A stretch of DNA of 64,000 bases from Bacteroidota Order II. bacterium (GTDB lineage: Bacteria > Bacteroidota > Rhodothermia > Rhodothermales > UBA2364), in contig JAEUSQ010000027.1 in assembly GCA_016788705.1 (NCBI GenBank), positions 1,572 through 65,571 on the forward strand, read 5' to 3'. The position numbers and the translations under genes were made by a program. Shown here piece by piece: positions 46,408 through 55,500 of this stretch. The first letter of the stretch is position 1; every line of letters begins with the position of its first letter. The notes under the pieces were generated by a model. That model searched no databases. It was not told where the DNA came from and saw only the letters and a list, made by a program, of their open reading frames with translations.

Positions 46408-49245
46408 TTAAGTCCCAAAAATATACAAAATATCATCCTCCGAGAGTGACTTAAGCATCCCTTCGTCTGAACTAATAATGGCTTCTACTAAGGCTTGTTT
46501 CTGTAGTTGAAGTTGAACAATTTTTTCCTCAATGCTTCCTTTGGTAACAAGTTTATGGCTAAATACGGTTTTATCCTGGCCAATTCGGTGTGTCCGGTCT
46601 ATTGCCTGTTGCTCGGCAGCGGTATTCCACCACGGATCAAAAATGAACACATGGTCGGCGGCAGTTAGGTTAAGACCCGTCCCCCCTGTTTTTAGGGTCA
46701 TAACAAAAACCTTGGTTTCGGGATCTTCCTGAAACCGTTGCACCAGTTCTTGTCGGTTGGAAGTTGCTCCCGTCATGCTCACATAGGGAATCCCCGCTTG
46801 TTCCAAATCGTTCCCAATGGCTTCCACACCCGCCAAATAATGGGTAAATATCAGCGACTTGTGCCCATTCAATGCCGCATCTGTCAATTGCTCCATCAAA
46901 ACACTGCGCTTGGGCGACCGGATCCGGCCATCGCTTTTCGCTTCGGGAATACTTGCAATCTGACGAAGTTCATTCAATGCCTGAAAAATAAAGAACTGTG
47001 TTTTGGCGATGCCGTCTTTGGCTACCTGATTTTGGATGGTATCCACATAGTACCGACGTCGGCGCTCATAGAAAGCCCGTTGGACGTCGTTCATTTCCAC
47101 CCAAAGTGTCTGATCTACACGGTCTGGTAGTTCCTTGGCCACTTCGCGTTTTAATCGTCGGAGGATGAAGGGATATATTTTTCTCTTTAGTTCGTGTGCA
47201 GCCTCTTCGTCCTGATTTTTTTGGATGGGAGTGGCGTAACGCTCAGAAAAATCTTGCTCACTTCGTAGCATAGCAGGGTTTAAAAAACGAAACAAAGCGT
47301 ACAGTTCGCTCAAATTATTTTCGATGGGTGTACCAGAAAGGGCGAGACGCACGTCGGCCTTGATCATCAAGGCAGCTTTAGTCGCCTGTGTCTGTAAGTT
47401 TTTAATGTTCTGAGACTCGTCAAGCACCACATAATGAAACTTTCGGTCCTTAAACGCCTCAATATCACTCCGTAACATGCCATAGGTTGTCAGGATTAAC
47501 TGATGCTTGAAGGCTTCATCTAAATCTCGATTTTGGCGGTAATAGGTATAAAATCGTAGGCTGGGGTTAAACTTTGTTAGTTCAGCCTCCCAGTTGAACA
47601 ACAAGCTAGTGGGCATTACTACCAGCGAAGGCTTTTGTTCTGCCGGATAAACCGTACTCAACAGGGCAATGGCCTGAGCCGTTTTTCCAAGCCCCATATC
47701 ATCTGCCAGACACCCTCCTAAGCCATGCTCCCGGAGGTAATCCATCCACCGTACCCCATATTCTTGATACGGACGTAAATGCCCCTGAAACTGATTGAGG
47801 GACATATCCCGATCTTGGACATGGTTAAATCCTTTATATACCGACCATACCTCTGGTAATGATGTCGCTCCTTCTAATTGCTGCTCGATCATCGAAGCCG
47901 CAATGGGTAAATCGAAAAACGAAATCCGAGCACCTTCTTGGTTTACATCCGAAAAAATCCGCTCTAATTTGCGAATATAAGCCTCATTAATCAGCGCTTG
48001 TGAACCATCGCCCAACTGTACGTATCCTGCTTGGCGCACCTCCGTCAAAACATCAAACAACGAGAATCGTTCCCCTTCCAACGTAAGAGAAACATCTCCA
48101 GCGAGGTAGTCAATCCCACTATCTAATCGCATATCTAAATTGGGCGTGACAAAACGGATTCGATAAGACCTTAGCTTTTCTGCACCAAATACCGGATATT
48201 TTTGTACCAAGCTGTAAAGATGTTTATAAACAAATTCATGGGCCAACCCTCTTTCAATCAGCAACGTATCCCCTTCTCGAATAAACCCGTAATCTTGTTT
48301 CCCTGCTTTGCTTAACGTCCGTTGGAGTTTTCCAAGCAACCCTTCCAAGACCTGAAATACCTCCCCAAGCGGCTCCGTCTGAATTGGGCGCACCACAATC
48401 CGGCTTTCAAGGTCATCAATTTTGACGGAAACACTCACCAAAGAGGCTACAGCAGATGGTAGTAGTTCCCCTGGAATAGCTGAAGACACACGCAGATAGA
48501 GGGCATCAAGCGCATCTACTTTATCAAAAAAAAGGCCTACCCGAACTTTTAGCAATTTATCCCAAACCGTTTCATATTGCTGCCAAACCAATGAAATGTG
48601 TTGCGACAAAGAGAACAGAATACATAAGAACGGATGAATGTCTTTGGTCTCTAACGTGGCCTCCAGATGTTGAAGCTCATTCCACGTCGGCCCGAGCGGT
48701 GGTATTTCGTAAAGGCTATTCCTTACCATAACCCAGCCATCCGCCACCATCAAAGGTGAAGAGAGTACTTTTTCTCCTTCCCGAAGTTGGAGTTTCGCCT
48801 TCCAAACACCCATTTCATCAGATTCTAACAGGTGCATTTCTAATTTTGCCTTTTCCGAAGCATATTTGACCGCTGCCCCAGTTGCGGTTATAAAAAACGC
48901 AGAATGTCGCAAGTATTCCAGAACGAGGGGTACTTCATCTATCACATAAGAAGTCTCCACTTCTGTTCCTTTAGCAGTACTCCAAATTTCACCCCAATCA
49001 TTTCCGGACGGCTTCTTGCCGAACGCATAGGACAATGTTTTGAGCACTTGTCGTGTCTCCCCTTCATATCCCAGATAATCTGGTAAGAAAGAAACAGGCT
49101 TTTTATCCGGCCCCAGGATGATTAGCCGTCCCCCATGCTCCGGAGAGACATCCAGACGAAACCACAAAGGCGAAAGTAATAACTTACCCGAATGTAGGGT
49201 GCGGTTGGAAACTTTTAGCCTTTGAAATAAATCTTCAATACCCAT
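46408..49245 (-). CDS. SNF2-family DNA-dependent ATPase/translocase with a ~480-aa N-terminal extension (bacterial SNF2-associated type)
   Basis: Motif I LADDMGLGKTAQ, motif II VLDESQNIKN, motif III LSGTPIENNLSELYALFRFLNP and the helicase-C block FDPWWNTAAEQQAIDRTHRIGQ. Confidence 0.92.
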   Translation of the reverse strand: MGIEDLFQRLKVSNRTLHSGKLLLSPLWFRLDVSPEHGGRLIILGPDKKPVSFLPDYLGYEGETRQVLKTLSYAFGKKPSGNDWGEIWSTAKGTEVETSYVIDEVPLVLEYLRHSAFFITATGAAVKYASEKAKLEMHLLESDEMGVWKAKLQLREGEKVLSSPLMVADGWVMVRNSLYEIPPLGPTWNELQHLEATLETKDIHPFLCILFSLSQHISLVWQQYETVWDKLLKVRVGLFFDKVDALDALYLRVSSAIPGELLPSAVASLVSVSVKIDDLESRIVVRPIQTEPLGEVFQVLEGLLGKLQRTLSKAGKQDYGFIREGDTLLIERGLAHEFVYKHLYSLVQKYPVFGAEKLRSYRIRFVTPNLDMRLDSGIDYLAGDVSLTLEGERFSLFDVLTEVRQAGYVQLGDGSQALINEAYIRKLERIFSDVNQEGARISFFDLPIAASMIEQQLEGATSLPEVWSVYKGFNHVQDRDMSLNQFQGHLRPYQEYGVRWMDYLREHGLGGCLADDMGLGKTAQAIALLSTVYPAEQKPSLVVMPTSLLFNWEAELTKFNPSLRFYTYYRQNRDLDEAFKHQLILTTYGMLRSDIEAFKDRKFHYVVLDESQNIKNLQTQATKAALMIKADVRLALSGTPIENNLSELYALFRFLNPAMLRSEQDFSERYATPIQKNQDEEAAHELKRKIYPFILRRLKREVAKELPDRVDQTLWVEMNDVQRAFYERRRRYYVDTIQNQVAKDGIAKTQFFIFQALNELRQIASIPEAKSDGRIRSPKRSVLMEQLTDAALNGHKSLIFTHYLAGVEAIGNDLEQAGIPYVSMTGATSNRQELVQRFQEDPETKVFVMTLKTGGTGLNLTAADHVFIFDPWWNTAAEQQAIDRTHRIGQDKTVFSHKLVTKGSIEEKIVQLQLQKQALVEAIISSDEGMLKSLSEDDILYIFGT

Positions 49246-49354
49246 TTAGACAAAGATTAATACAATTAAGCACTTATTTATACAGCATTTACACCAATTA
49301 AAATATTTTTTAAACTTATAAAATGTTTTTTCTATTTAAGCAGGCTGTGTTAAC

Positions 49355-49468
49355 ATAGTTTATGTTAAGCATTTTACAAAATGGATTCCCGTTTTCGCGA
49401 GCATGACGTACTCGGCACTTAAAAGCCCGTCATGCCCAACTTGATTCGACATCCATAACATAAACTAT
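49355..49468. repeat. MITE/REP-like 114-bp element bounded by 13-bp inverted repeats, in the upstream region of the SNF2 operon
   Basis: ATAGTTTATGTTA at 49355-49367 is the reverse complement of TAACATAAACTAT at 49456-49468. The interior holds a GC-rich palindrome, GCATGACG...CGTCATGC. Confidence 0.4.
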
Positions 49469-49521
49469 TCAAAAAAACCTACTTATTGGCAAATCAATCC
49501 TCTGTTAGGCAGGATAGCGCT

Positions 49522-49551
49522 ATAAAAAAAGGCAATCAAATAGATTGCCTT
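49522..49551 (-). terminator. Rho-independent terminator downstream of rpsU
   Basis: AAGGCAATC pairs with GATTGCCTT over 9 bp with a 5-nt loop. A 7-nt U-run follows on the minus-strand transcript. Confidence 0.75.
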
Positions 49552-49604
49552 AGGTAAAATAACAAAATTCTTTTGACCAAATCAGTACATGCAAAACCGT
49601 GATA

Positions 49605-49805
49605 CTAAAATTCGAATTCTTCGCGACTGTTTTTTCGGGCTACTCGGTCAGACTTTTGACGGGCTAAACGATTGGTTTCCGAAGGCTTTGTATAGGCAAG
49701 TGTTTCACGATAGATTCGAAGCACTTTGCTACGGTTGATGGTGCGTTTAAAGCGGCGAAGGGCACGGTCTATAGACTCGTTTTCCCGAATTTTGATCCCT
49801 ACCAA
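49605..49805 (-). CDS. rpsU: 30S ribosomal protein bS21
   Basis: (M)VGIKIRENESIDRALRRFKRTINRSKVL matches the S21 N-terminal signature. The start codon appears to be TTG. Confidence 0.9.
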   Translation of the reverse strand: MVGIKIRENESIDRALRRFKRTINRSKVLRIYRETLAYTKPSETNRLARQKSDRVARKNSREEFEF

Positions 49806-50159
49806 GGTTTTTTAGGTTTTTAATTTTTACAATTGTTTATTCAAGCCCTGCAATAAACAAAAAAAATCAACTAATTTCAATACCGCAAAGAAGATTCACA
49901 TTCTTAGGAGGCTATTTCCCCACCGATGTCGTTGTTTGAACAGCTCTATGGAAGTTTTTGCAGGAAATTAGACACCCAAACACAGATCAATCACCTCAGC
50001 TAATTAGGGAAATGGGTTGGGTTCTCGATTCGTGCTTTTTCACCTCTAAGCAGATATTACGTTAAACGCTATATACCCGTAGAAGCATCAAAGCGAGGTC
50101 ACATCATAGTGTGTCTGATTCGACGAAGGCGGTGGTGTCGAACAGACCTTGAATGACGC

Positions 50160-50197
50160 GGGCCTCTGTTGCAGACCAGAGGCCCTTTTCTTATTTT
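50160..50197 (+). terminator. Strong intrinsic terminator with no upstream CDS on its strand (3' end of an sRNA or a leader/attenuator)
   Basis: GGGCCTCTG pairs with CAGAGGCCC over 9 bp with an 8-nt loop, followed by TTTTCTTATTTT. An 11-bp hairpin precedes it at 50113-50147. Confidence 0.65.
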
Positions 50198-50235
50198 AAC
50201 CACTCGTCCTCATGAACCATTTATAACTTTTCGCG

Positions 50236-50622
50236 ATGTTCAGTACCATTTTTCCTAAAAACCTGCATATTGCGAATATGGTTTTTGCTCTCTTATTTTT
50301 TTCATCCGCCATTTTGCAATATAATGACCCCGATCCCATCGGTTGGACGGTCATTTATCTAATGGCAACGGCGGTTTGTATCCAAAGTGGACGTGGTGCT
50401 TTGGCATGGTGGGTGCCGCTGATTTTGGTTGGGATTGCGGCTTTATGGGTTGCAGACATTGCGCCGATTTTTTTGGGAAAGACAGATTGGGGTCGCATGT
50501 TTGAGTCTTGGAAGATGACCGATCCTGTGATCGAAGTAGAACGAGAAGTTGGGGGCTTGATCATTATTTCTTTGTGGATGATGGTATTATCCTGGGCCAC
50601 CTTTAAATTCAAATCCCACTAA
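50236..50622 (+). CDS. Small 4-TM membrane protein (TMEM220-like, tentative)
   Basis: Four hydrophobic helices. The YNDPDP motif follows helix 1. Confidence 0.5.
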   Translation: MFSTIFPKNLHIANMVFALLFFSSAILQYNDPDPIGWTVIYLMATAVCIQSGRGALAWWVPLILVGIAALWVADIAPIFLGKTDWGRMFESWKMTDPVIEVEREVGGLIIISLWMMVLSWATFKFKSH

Positions 50623-50677
50623 AAAAGCCCCCGACACCGTGTCAAGGGCTTTAAAACACTTTATTTGGCAGGCCAAC

Positions 50678-51298
50678 TTAGTGAAAACCAATGCCCAATT
50701 TAATGACGAACTGATTGAGTTGGCTGTCGTCCGCTGCGTTTATCGAGATACCACCGACGGTTGCACCCGTTTTCAAGAACGAAGACACTCCAACGGTGTA
50801 GTTAATTTCGGGATAGAGACTAAGGCCTCCCAGCCGCAATTCTACGCCTCCCCCAATACTGGCTGCAACATTAAGAGACTTGATGGCATCCTTAAATTCG
50901 TCATTATCGGAACCAGCCGCTACACGGAGCAAAGGACCTGCCACCAAATAGGGCTTGAGTAGCGGCGTATTTACCCGCAGCCGAAGATCAACAGGCATTT
51001 CTACAAAACTTGCTTTGAATCCTTCCGTATTTCCGGAAGAAAGCCCCTTGTACAAACCTTCTGCATCTGAGTAGCGAAGACCAAGGCGCAGGCCTACATT
51101 ACGGCCCATTCCATAAAAAATACCCAGATGCTTGCCTTGTGCACTTTCAAAAGATTCGGTCACATTGTTGACTTTTGCATCCGAGAGTTGGTTGAAAGTA
51201 AGCCCGCCTTCAATGCCAAATTGGGCATTCGCAGCAGGTGTCAGGAGGAAAATGAGGGCTACAAAGCCCCAATAAAGTTTTTTCATGGTAGCAATCAT
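50678..51298 (-). CDS. Outer-membrane beta-barrel protein (OMP_b-brl type)
   Basis: Signal peptide ending ANAQ, alternating beta-strand pattern and a C-terminal ...IKLGIGFH with an aromatic near the end. Confidence 0.7.
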   Translation of the reverse strand: MIATMKKLYWGFVALIFLLTPAANAQFGIEGGLTFNQLSDAKVNNVTESFESAQGKHLGIFYGMGRNVGLRLGLRYSDAEGLYKGLSSGNTEGFKASFVEMPVDLRLRVNTPLLKPYLVAGPLLRVAAGSDNDEFKDAIKSLNVAASIGGGVELRLGGLSLYPEINYTVGVSSFLKTGATVGGISINAADDSQLNQFVIKLGIGFH

Positions 51299-51574
51299 TT
51301 GTGTGGATCAAAGGTTTTGGTATTACTAATAAGAATAGGCGTAATACAATTAAAGCATATACCAACAGAAACAAAAAGGGTTTCTGGTCTTGCTTCGTTT
51401 ATATATACGTTTGGCGTCGATTCCAAAAAATTACACATTAATACCCGAAACTTTATAGATCTGACCCATCCCAATATCCACCAAGTATCACCGGAACTTC
51501 ATGAAGCTATTCCCCAAAAAACATAAACCGCCAGAGGCACTCCCCGGCGGCTTATATCCGTTTCGAAAGGTTGC

Positions 51575-54500
51575 TTAGAAGGCCAAGGCCCCTGTTAAAA
51601 TTTCATTTTGCTCGCGGGTATGGACCTGTGCCAAACCTGCTGCAGTACTTGCCGAGGCATTCCGGCCCACATACCGAACAGCTTTCGCCCTTTTGTTCCC
51701 CTTGGCAATCTGCGCATTCAGGTAGGGCTGAACAAACCGCCATGCACCCATATTTTCCGGCTCTTCTTGTACCCAAAGTACATCTTTTGCCCGACTATAG
51801 CGTTTGATTTCGGCGAGCACCTCCTCTTCGGGGAATGGATAAAATTGCTCCAGGCGAGCAAGCGCAACATTCGCTCCTTGAAGCGTCCCCCCTTCCGACT
51901 CGATGCGCTCCAGGAGATCAAAATAGACCTTTCCGCTACAGAATACGAGTCGCTCGGTCTGGGCAGGATCAGAAACCGCAGGAATAAGCGGCTGGAACCC
52001 ACCTTTTGTGAAGTCTTCGGGCTTTGACACCACGTATTTGTGGCGCAGCAAACTTTTAGGAGACATCACGATCAGGGGTTTCTTCACCTCCATTTTGGCC
52101 TGACGCCGGAGGGCATGGAAATAATTTGCTGGCGTACTAAAATTGCACACTTGAATATTTTCTTCAGCGCAGGCTTGTAGAAAACGCTCCAAGCGGGCAG
52201 AGGAATGTTCGGGGCCTTGGCCTTCATAGCCATGTGGCAGGAGGCAAACGAGGCCGGAGTGCTGATTCCATTTTGCCTCGGCAGCAGCAATAAACTGATC
52301 AAAAATTATTTGCGCACCGTTAAAGAAATCGCCAAATTGCGCCTCCCAAATAGTCAGTGCCGAAGGATCAGCTACCGAGAAGCCATAGTCAAAGCCCAGA
52401 ACCGCATATTCGGAAAGGAAAGAATCGAAAGCTGCATAAGGAGCTTGTTCTTCTGACAGATGGTTAAGCGGCACATACACGCCTTTGCTTTCCATATCGT
52501 GCAAGACCGAATGCCGATGGCTAAATGTGCCACGTTGCGAGTCTTCCCCACTAATCCGAACCTTGTGGCCTTCGAGTAAAAGGCTTCCAAAAGCAATGGC
52601 TTCACCCAACGCCCAGTCTATCGAACCATTTTCGCGGTACGTCTTTTCCCGTTTTAAGAATTGGTTTTTTAATTTGGGATGCACATTAAAATCAGAAGGC
52701 CATTCTGATAGCGCTTTAACAATCAAGTCCACTTTATCAAGGCCAATTGCCGTTGGATAACGGAACTGATATTTGGGTTTCGCCTTTGGTTTTTCGTCGG
52801 ATGCCACCAGCTCTTTGGTACGATCGAACGCCGAATGAAGGGTTGCCTGAAACGCATTCATCGCTGCTTCGGCTTGCTCAATGGTCAAGTCTCCACGACG
52901 CACCAACAATTCGAGGTATAGGTTTCTAACGGAGCGTTTACGTTTGATTTGTTCATACATGAGCGGCTGCGTGTAACTCGGATCATCTCCTTCGTTATGG
53001 CCGTATTTGCGATAACAAACCATATCTATCACGATGTCTTTGTTGAACACCTGCCGATAGTCCATAGCAAGCCGGGCTGCCCGTACACATGCTTCCGGAT
53101 CGTCCCCATTTACCCGTAGCACGGGAGCTTGGATCATGAGGGCCATATCCGAAGCATATTGGCTGGAACGCGCGTCTTCGGGGTTCGTCGTAAATCCAAT
53201 TTGGTTATTTACGATGATATGAATGGTCCCTCCTGTGCGGTACCCTGTCAATTGGCTCATCTGTAACGTTTCGGCAACCACGCCTTGTCCAGCAAAAGCG
53301 GCATCTCCATGTATGATAATGGGCAACACTCGGTCAAAATTCACATTACTGTTATGTTCTTCGACCCAGTACATCTCTTGGATGGCCCGCGACATGCCTT
53401 CCACAACCGGGCCAACCGCTTCAAGGTGGCTTGGATTGGCACACAAGCGGACGTTTACTTCCGAACCAGTTGGTGCCACAAATGTCCCCGAAGTACCTAA
53501 GTGGTACTTCACGTCACCGGAACCATGCATGGTATTCGGATCTATCATGCCAGAAAACTCGCGGAAGAGACGCTCATAAGGCTTATTGAGGATATTGGTC
53601 AGTACATTCAACCGTCCACGGTGAGGCATACCAATCACCACCTCTTTCACCTCTTGGTCGGCGGCATCACACAAAATGCGGTCCAAAATCGGAATCATGG
53701 TCTCCCCGCCTTCTAACGAAAAGCGTTTATGACCAATATATTTGGTATGGATAAAGTTTTCGAGGGCTTCGGCAGCATTGAGCCTATCCAAAATTCGTAC
53801 TTTTTGTGCATTGCTAAGGGGGTCTTGCATCCGATGCGATTCAATGCGGTCTTGCAACCACTTTTTCTCTACCGGATCCGCAATGTGCATAAATTCCGCA
53901 CCAACCTTACGGGTGTACGTTTCCCAGAGCGTATCGAGAATATCACGCAGCAACATTTCATCTTTACCACCCAAGCCATCGGAGAAAAAGGCACGGTCTA
54001 AATCCCAGATAGACAAGCCATATTCTGCCTGATCCAAGTCTGGAATGTGCGGTGGATCGTAACCCAGCGGATTAATGTCCGCCAAGCGGTGCCCACGCCA
54101 ACGGTAAGCGCGGATCAACTGAATCACCCGGCCTTGTTTACGAATAAGTTCTTGCTCAGAATTATAGGTTCCACGGCCAATCCCAGGCGTGGAATCCATG
54201 GCAATGGAAAAGGGCGGTTGGGCAAGACCCAGATCTCGGAAAATCTGGTGATAAAATTTTTCGCCACCCAACAAAAGTTTACCGATATATGCCAAGAATG
54301 CACCACTTTCTGCACCCTGAATAATACGGTGGTCATAAGTGGATGTTAGGCCCATCACCTGAGAAATGCCCATTCGGCTTAGTTCATCTGGCGGCAAAGC
54401 AAGATATTCGGGTGGGTAGGTAATCGCTCCCGTAGCCACAATCAGCCCTTGACCAACCATCAGACGTGGGACCGATGCAAACGTGCCAATCATGCCCGGA

Positions 54501-55246
54501 TTGGTGAGCGAAGCCGTTGTACCCGCAAAGTCTTCGGGCGTTAATTTACCAAGACGCGCCCGTTTGGTCAGATCATCAAACGAACCTACGAATGCGGCAA
54601 AGTTTTTCTCGTTGGCATTTTTAATATTTGGAACCACCAGTGCAGAACTGCCATCTTTATTGGTGGTGCTTACGGCAATACCTAAATTAATCCCACCTGG
54701 CTTGACATGCCAAGGCTTTTCCCCTTCGAAGCGATAAGCCGTATATAGGTTCGGATATTTTTTTAGCGCCTGTACCATTGCAAAAGCAATGATGTGTGTA
54801 AACGAAATCTTTGCTCCGCCTCTGGTTCGTTGAAACTCATTAACCAGCCGTCGGTTTTCTGCCATCAACTTTACTGGAACCGTAAAAAACGAGGTTGCTG
54901 TTGGGACAGACAAACTGTCTTCCATATTCGTAGCAAGCCGAGCTGGTGCTCCTTTTAACCAAACCGTCTCGCTTTGCGGTGGTATGGGCGGGTAGTTAAT
55001 GCTTCGCCCCGTCTGTTTTGGTACCACCGATGGCGGTAGAATCTGCGGCGTTTGCTCCTTTTTTTGTTCCTGCGTGGCCACTGCGGTCTCGTATGCAGCT
55101 CGAGACTGTGCACTGGCTTGTGTGGCAGCTTCTGGACGGTAGTCTTTGAAAAACTCCTGCCAAACGCCACTAACGGATTGCGGGTTCTGGAGGTATTGGC
55201 TGTAAAGTTCCTCGATATACCCGGTATTATAGCCTAAATTATCCAC
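51575..55246 (-). CDS. kgd: Multifunctional 2-oxoglutarate dehydrogenase E1 fused to an E2o-like succinyltransferase domain (Kgd/OdhA type)
   Basis: 1223 aa. SucA N-terminus YIEELYSQYLQNPQSV. Acyltransferase catalytic motif TSTYDHRIIQGAESG at residues ~300-315, with no lipoyl domain. A full ThDP E1 part follows (GMPHRGRLNVL, HGDAAFAGQGVV). Confidence 0.93.
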   Translation of the reverse strand: MDNLGYNTGYIEELYSQYLQNPQSVSGVWQEFFKDYRPEAATQASAQSRAAYETAVATQEQKKEQTPQILPPSVVPKQTGRSINYPPIPPQSETVWLKGAPARLATNMEDSLSVPTATSFFTVPVKLMAENRRLVNEFQRTRGGAKISFTHIIAFAMVQALKKYPNLYTAYRFEGEKPWHVKPGGINLGIAVSTTNKDGSSALVVPNIKNANEKNFAAFVGSFDDLTKRARLGKLTPEDFAGTTASLTNPGMIGTFASVPRLMVGQGLIVATGAITYPPEYLALPPDELSRMGISQVMGLTSTYDHRIIQGAESGAFLAYIGKLLLGGEKFYHQIFRDLGLAQPPFSIAMDSTPGIGRGTYNSEQELIRKQGRVIQLIRAYRWRGHRLADINPLGYDPPHIPDLDQAEYGLSIWDLDRAFFSDGLGGKDEMLLRDILDTLWETYTRKVGAEFMHIADPVEKKWLQDRIESHRMQDPLSNAQKVRILDRLNAAEALENFIHTKYIGHKRFSLEGGETMIPILDRILCDAADQEVKEVVIGMPHRGRLNVLTNILNKPYERLFREFSGMIDPNTMHGSGDVKYHLGTSGTFVAPTGSEVNVRLCANPSHLEAVGPVVEGMSRAIQEMYWVEEHNSNVNFDRVLPIIIHGDAAFAGQGVVAETLQMSQLTGYRTGGTIHIIVNNQIGFTTNPEDARSSQYASDMALMIQAPVLRVNGDDPEACVRAARLAMDYRQVFNKDIVIDMVCYRKYGHNEGDDPSYTQPLMYEQIKRKRSVRNLYLELLVRRGDLTIEQAEAAMNAFQATLHSAFDRTKELVASDEKPKAKPKYQFRYPTAIGLDKVDLIVKALSEWPSDFNVHPKLKNQFLKREKTYRENGSIDWALGEAIAFGSLLLEGHKVRISGEDSQRGTFSHRHSVLHDMESKGVYVPLNHLSEEQAPYAAFDSFLSEYAVLGFDYGFSVADPSALTIWEAQFGDFFNGAQIIFDQFIAAAEAKWNQHSGLVCLLPHGYEGQGPEHSSARLERFLQACAEENIQVCNFSTPANYFHALRRQAKMEVKKPLIVMSPKSLLRHKYVVSKPEDFTKGGFQPLIPAVSDPAQTERLVFCSGKVYFDLLERIESEGGTLQGANVALARLEQFYPFPEEEVLAEIKRYSRAKDVLWVQEEPENMGAWRFVQPYLNAQIAKGNKRAKAVRYVGRNASASTAAGLAQVHTREQNEILTGALAF

Positions 55247-55441
55247 GGTGTTAAAAGGGTTTTGTCGAATGTTTAGGGTACGAACCCATTAGATAAAAAA
55301 CGTTTTGCAGGGATAGATGGTTGGGTATAATCAATCAGAATCGGCCATCTTCCAAAGAAAAACCTTTGAATTATCAACAGATTTTCGGGGAACATCCAAA
55401 GAACAATAATTAACACAGAAAAAATAATTAAATTACAAAAT

Positions 55442-55473
55442 AAATAAGGCAAATCAATTGAAATGCCTTATTT
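55442..55473 (-). terminator. Rho-independent terminator downstream of the VWA gene
   Basis: AAATAAGGCA pairs with TGCCTTATTT in a perfect 10-bp stem. A U-run follows on the minus-strand transcript. Confidence 0.7.
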
Positions 55474-55500
55474 AATAAATTAATTTATTTTAACAAATCT

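Noticed and set aside
50113-50147. GATTCGAC/GTCGAAC-containing sequences (also 49441-49452) that superficially recall tRNA or tmRNA T-arms.
   Set aside because: No acceptor stem, anticodon arm or GTTCGAATC-type T-loop could be built. This one is treated as a plain hairpin.
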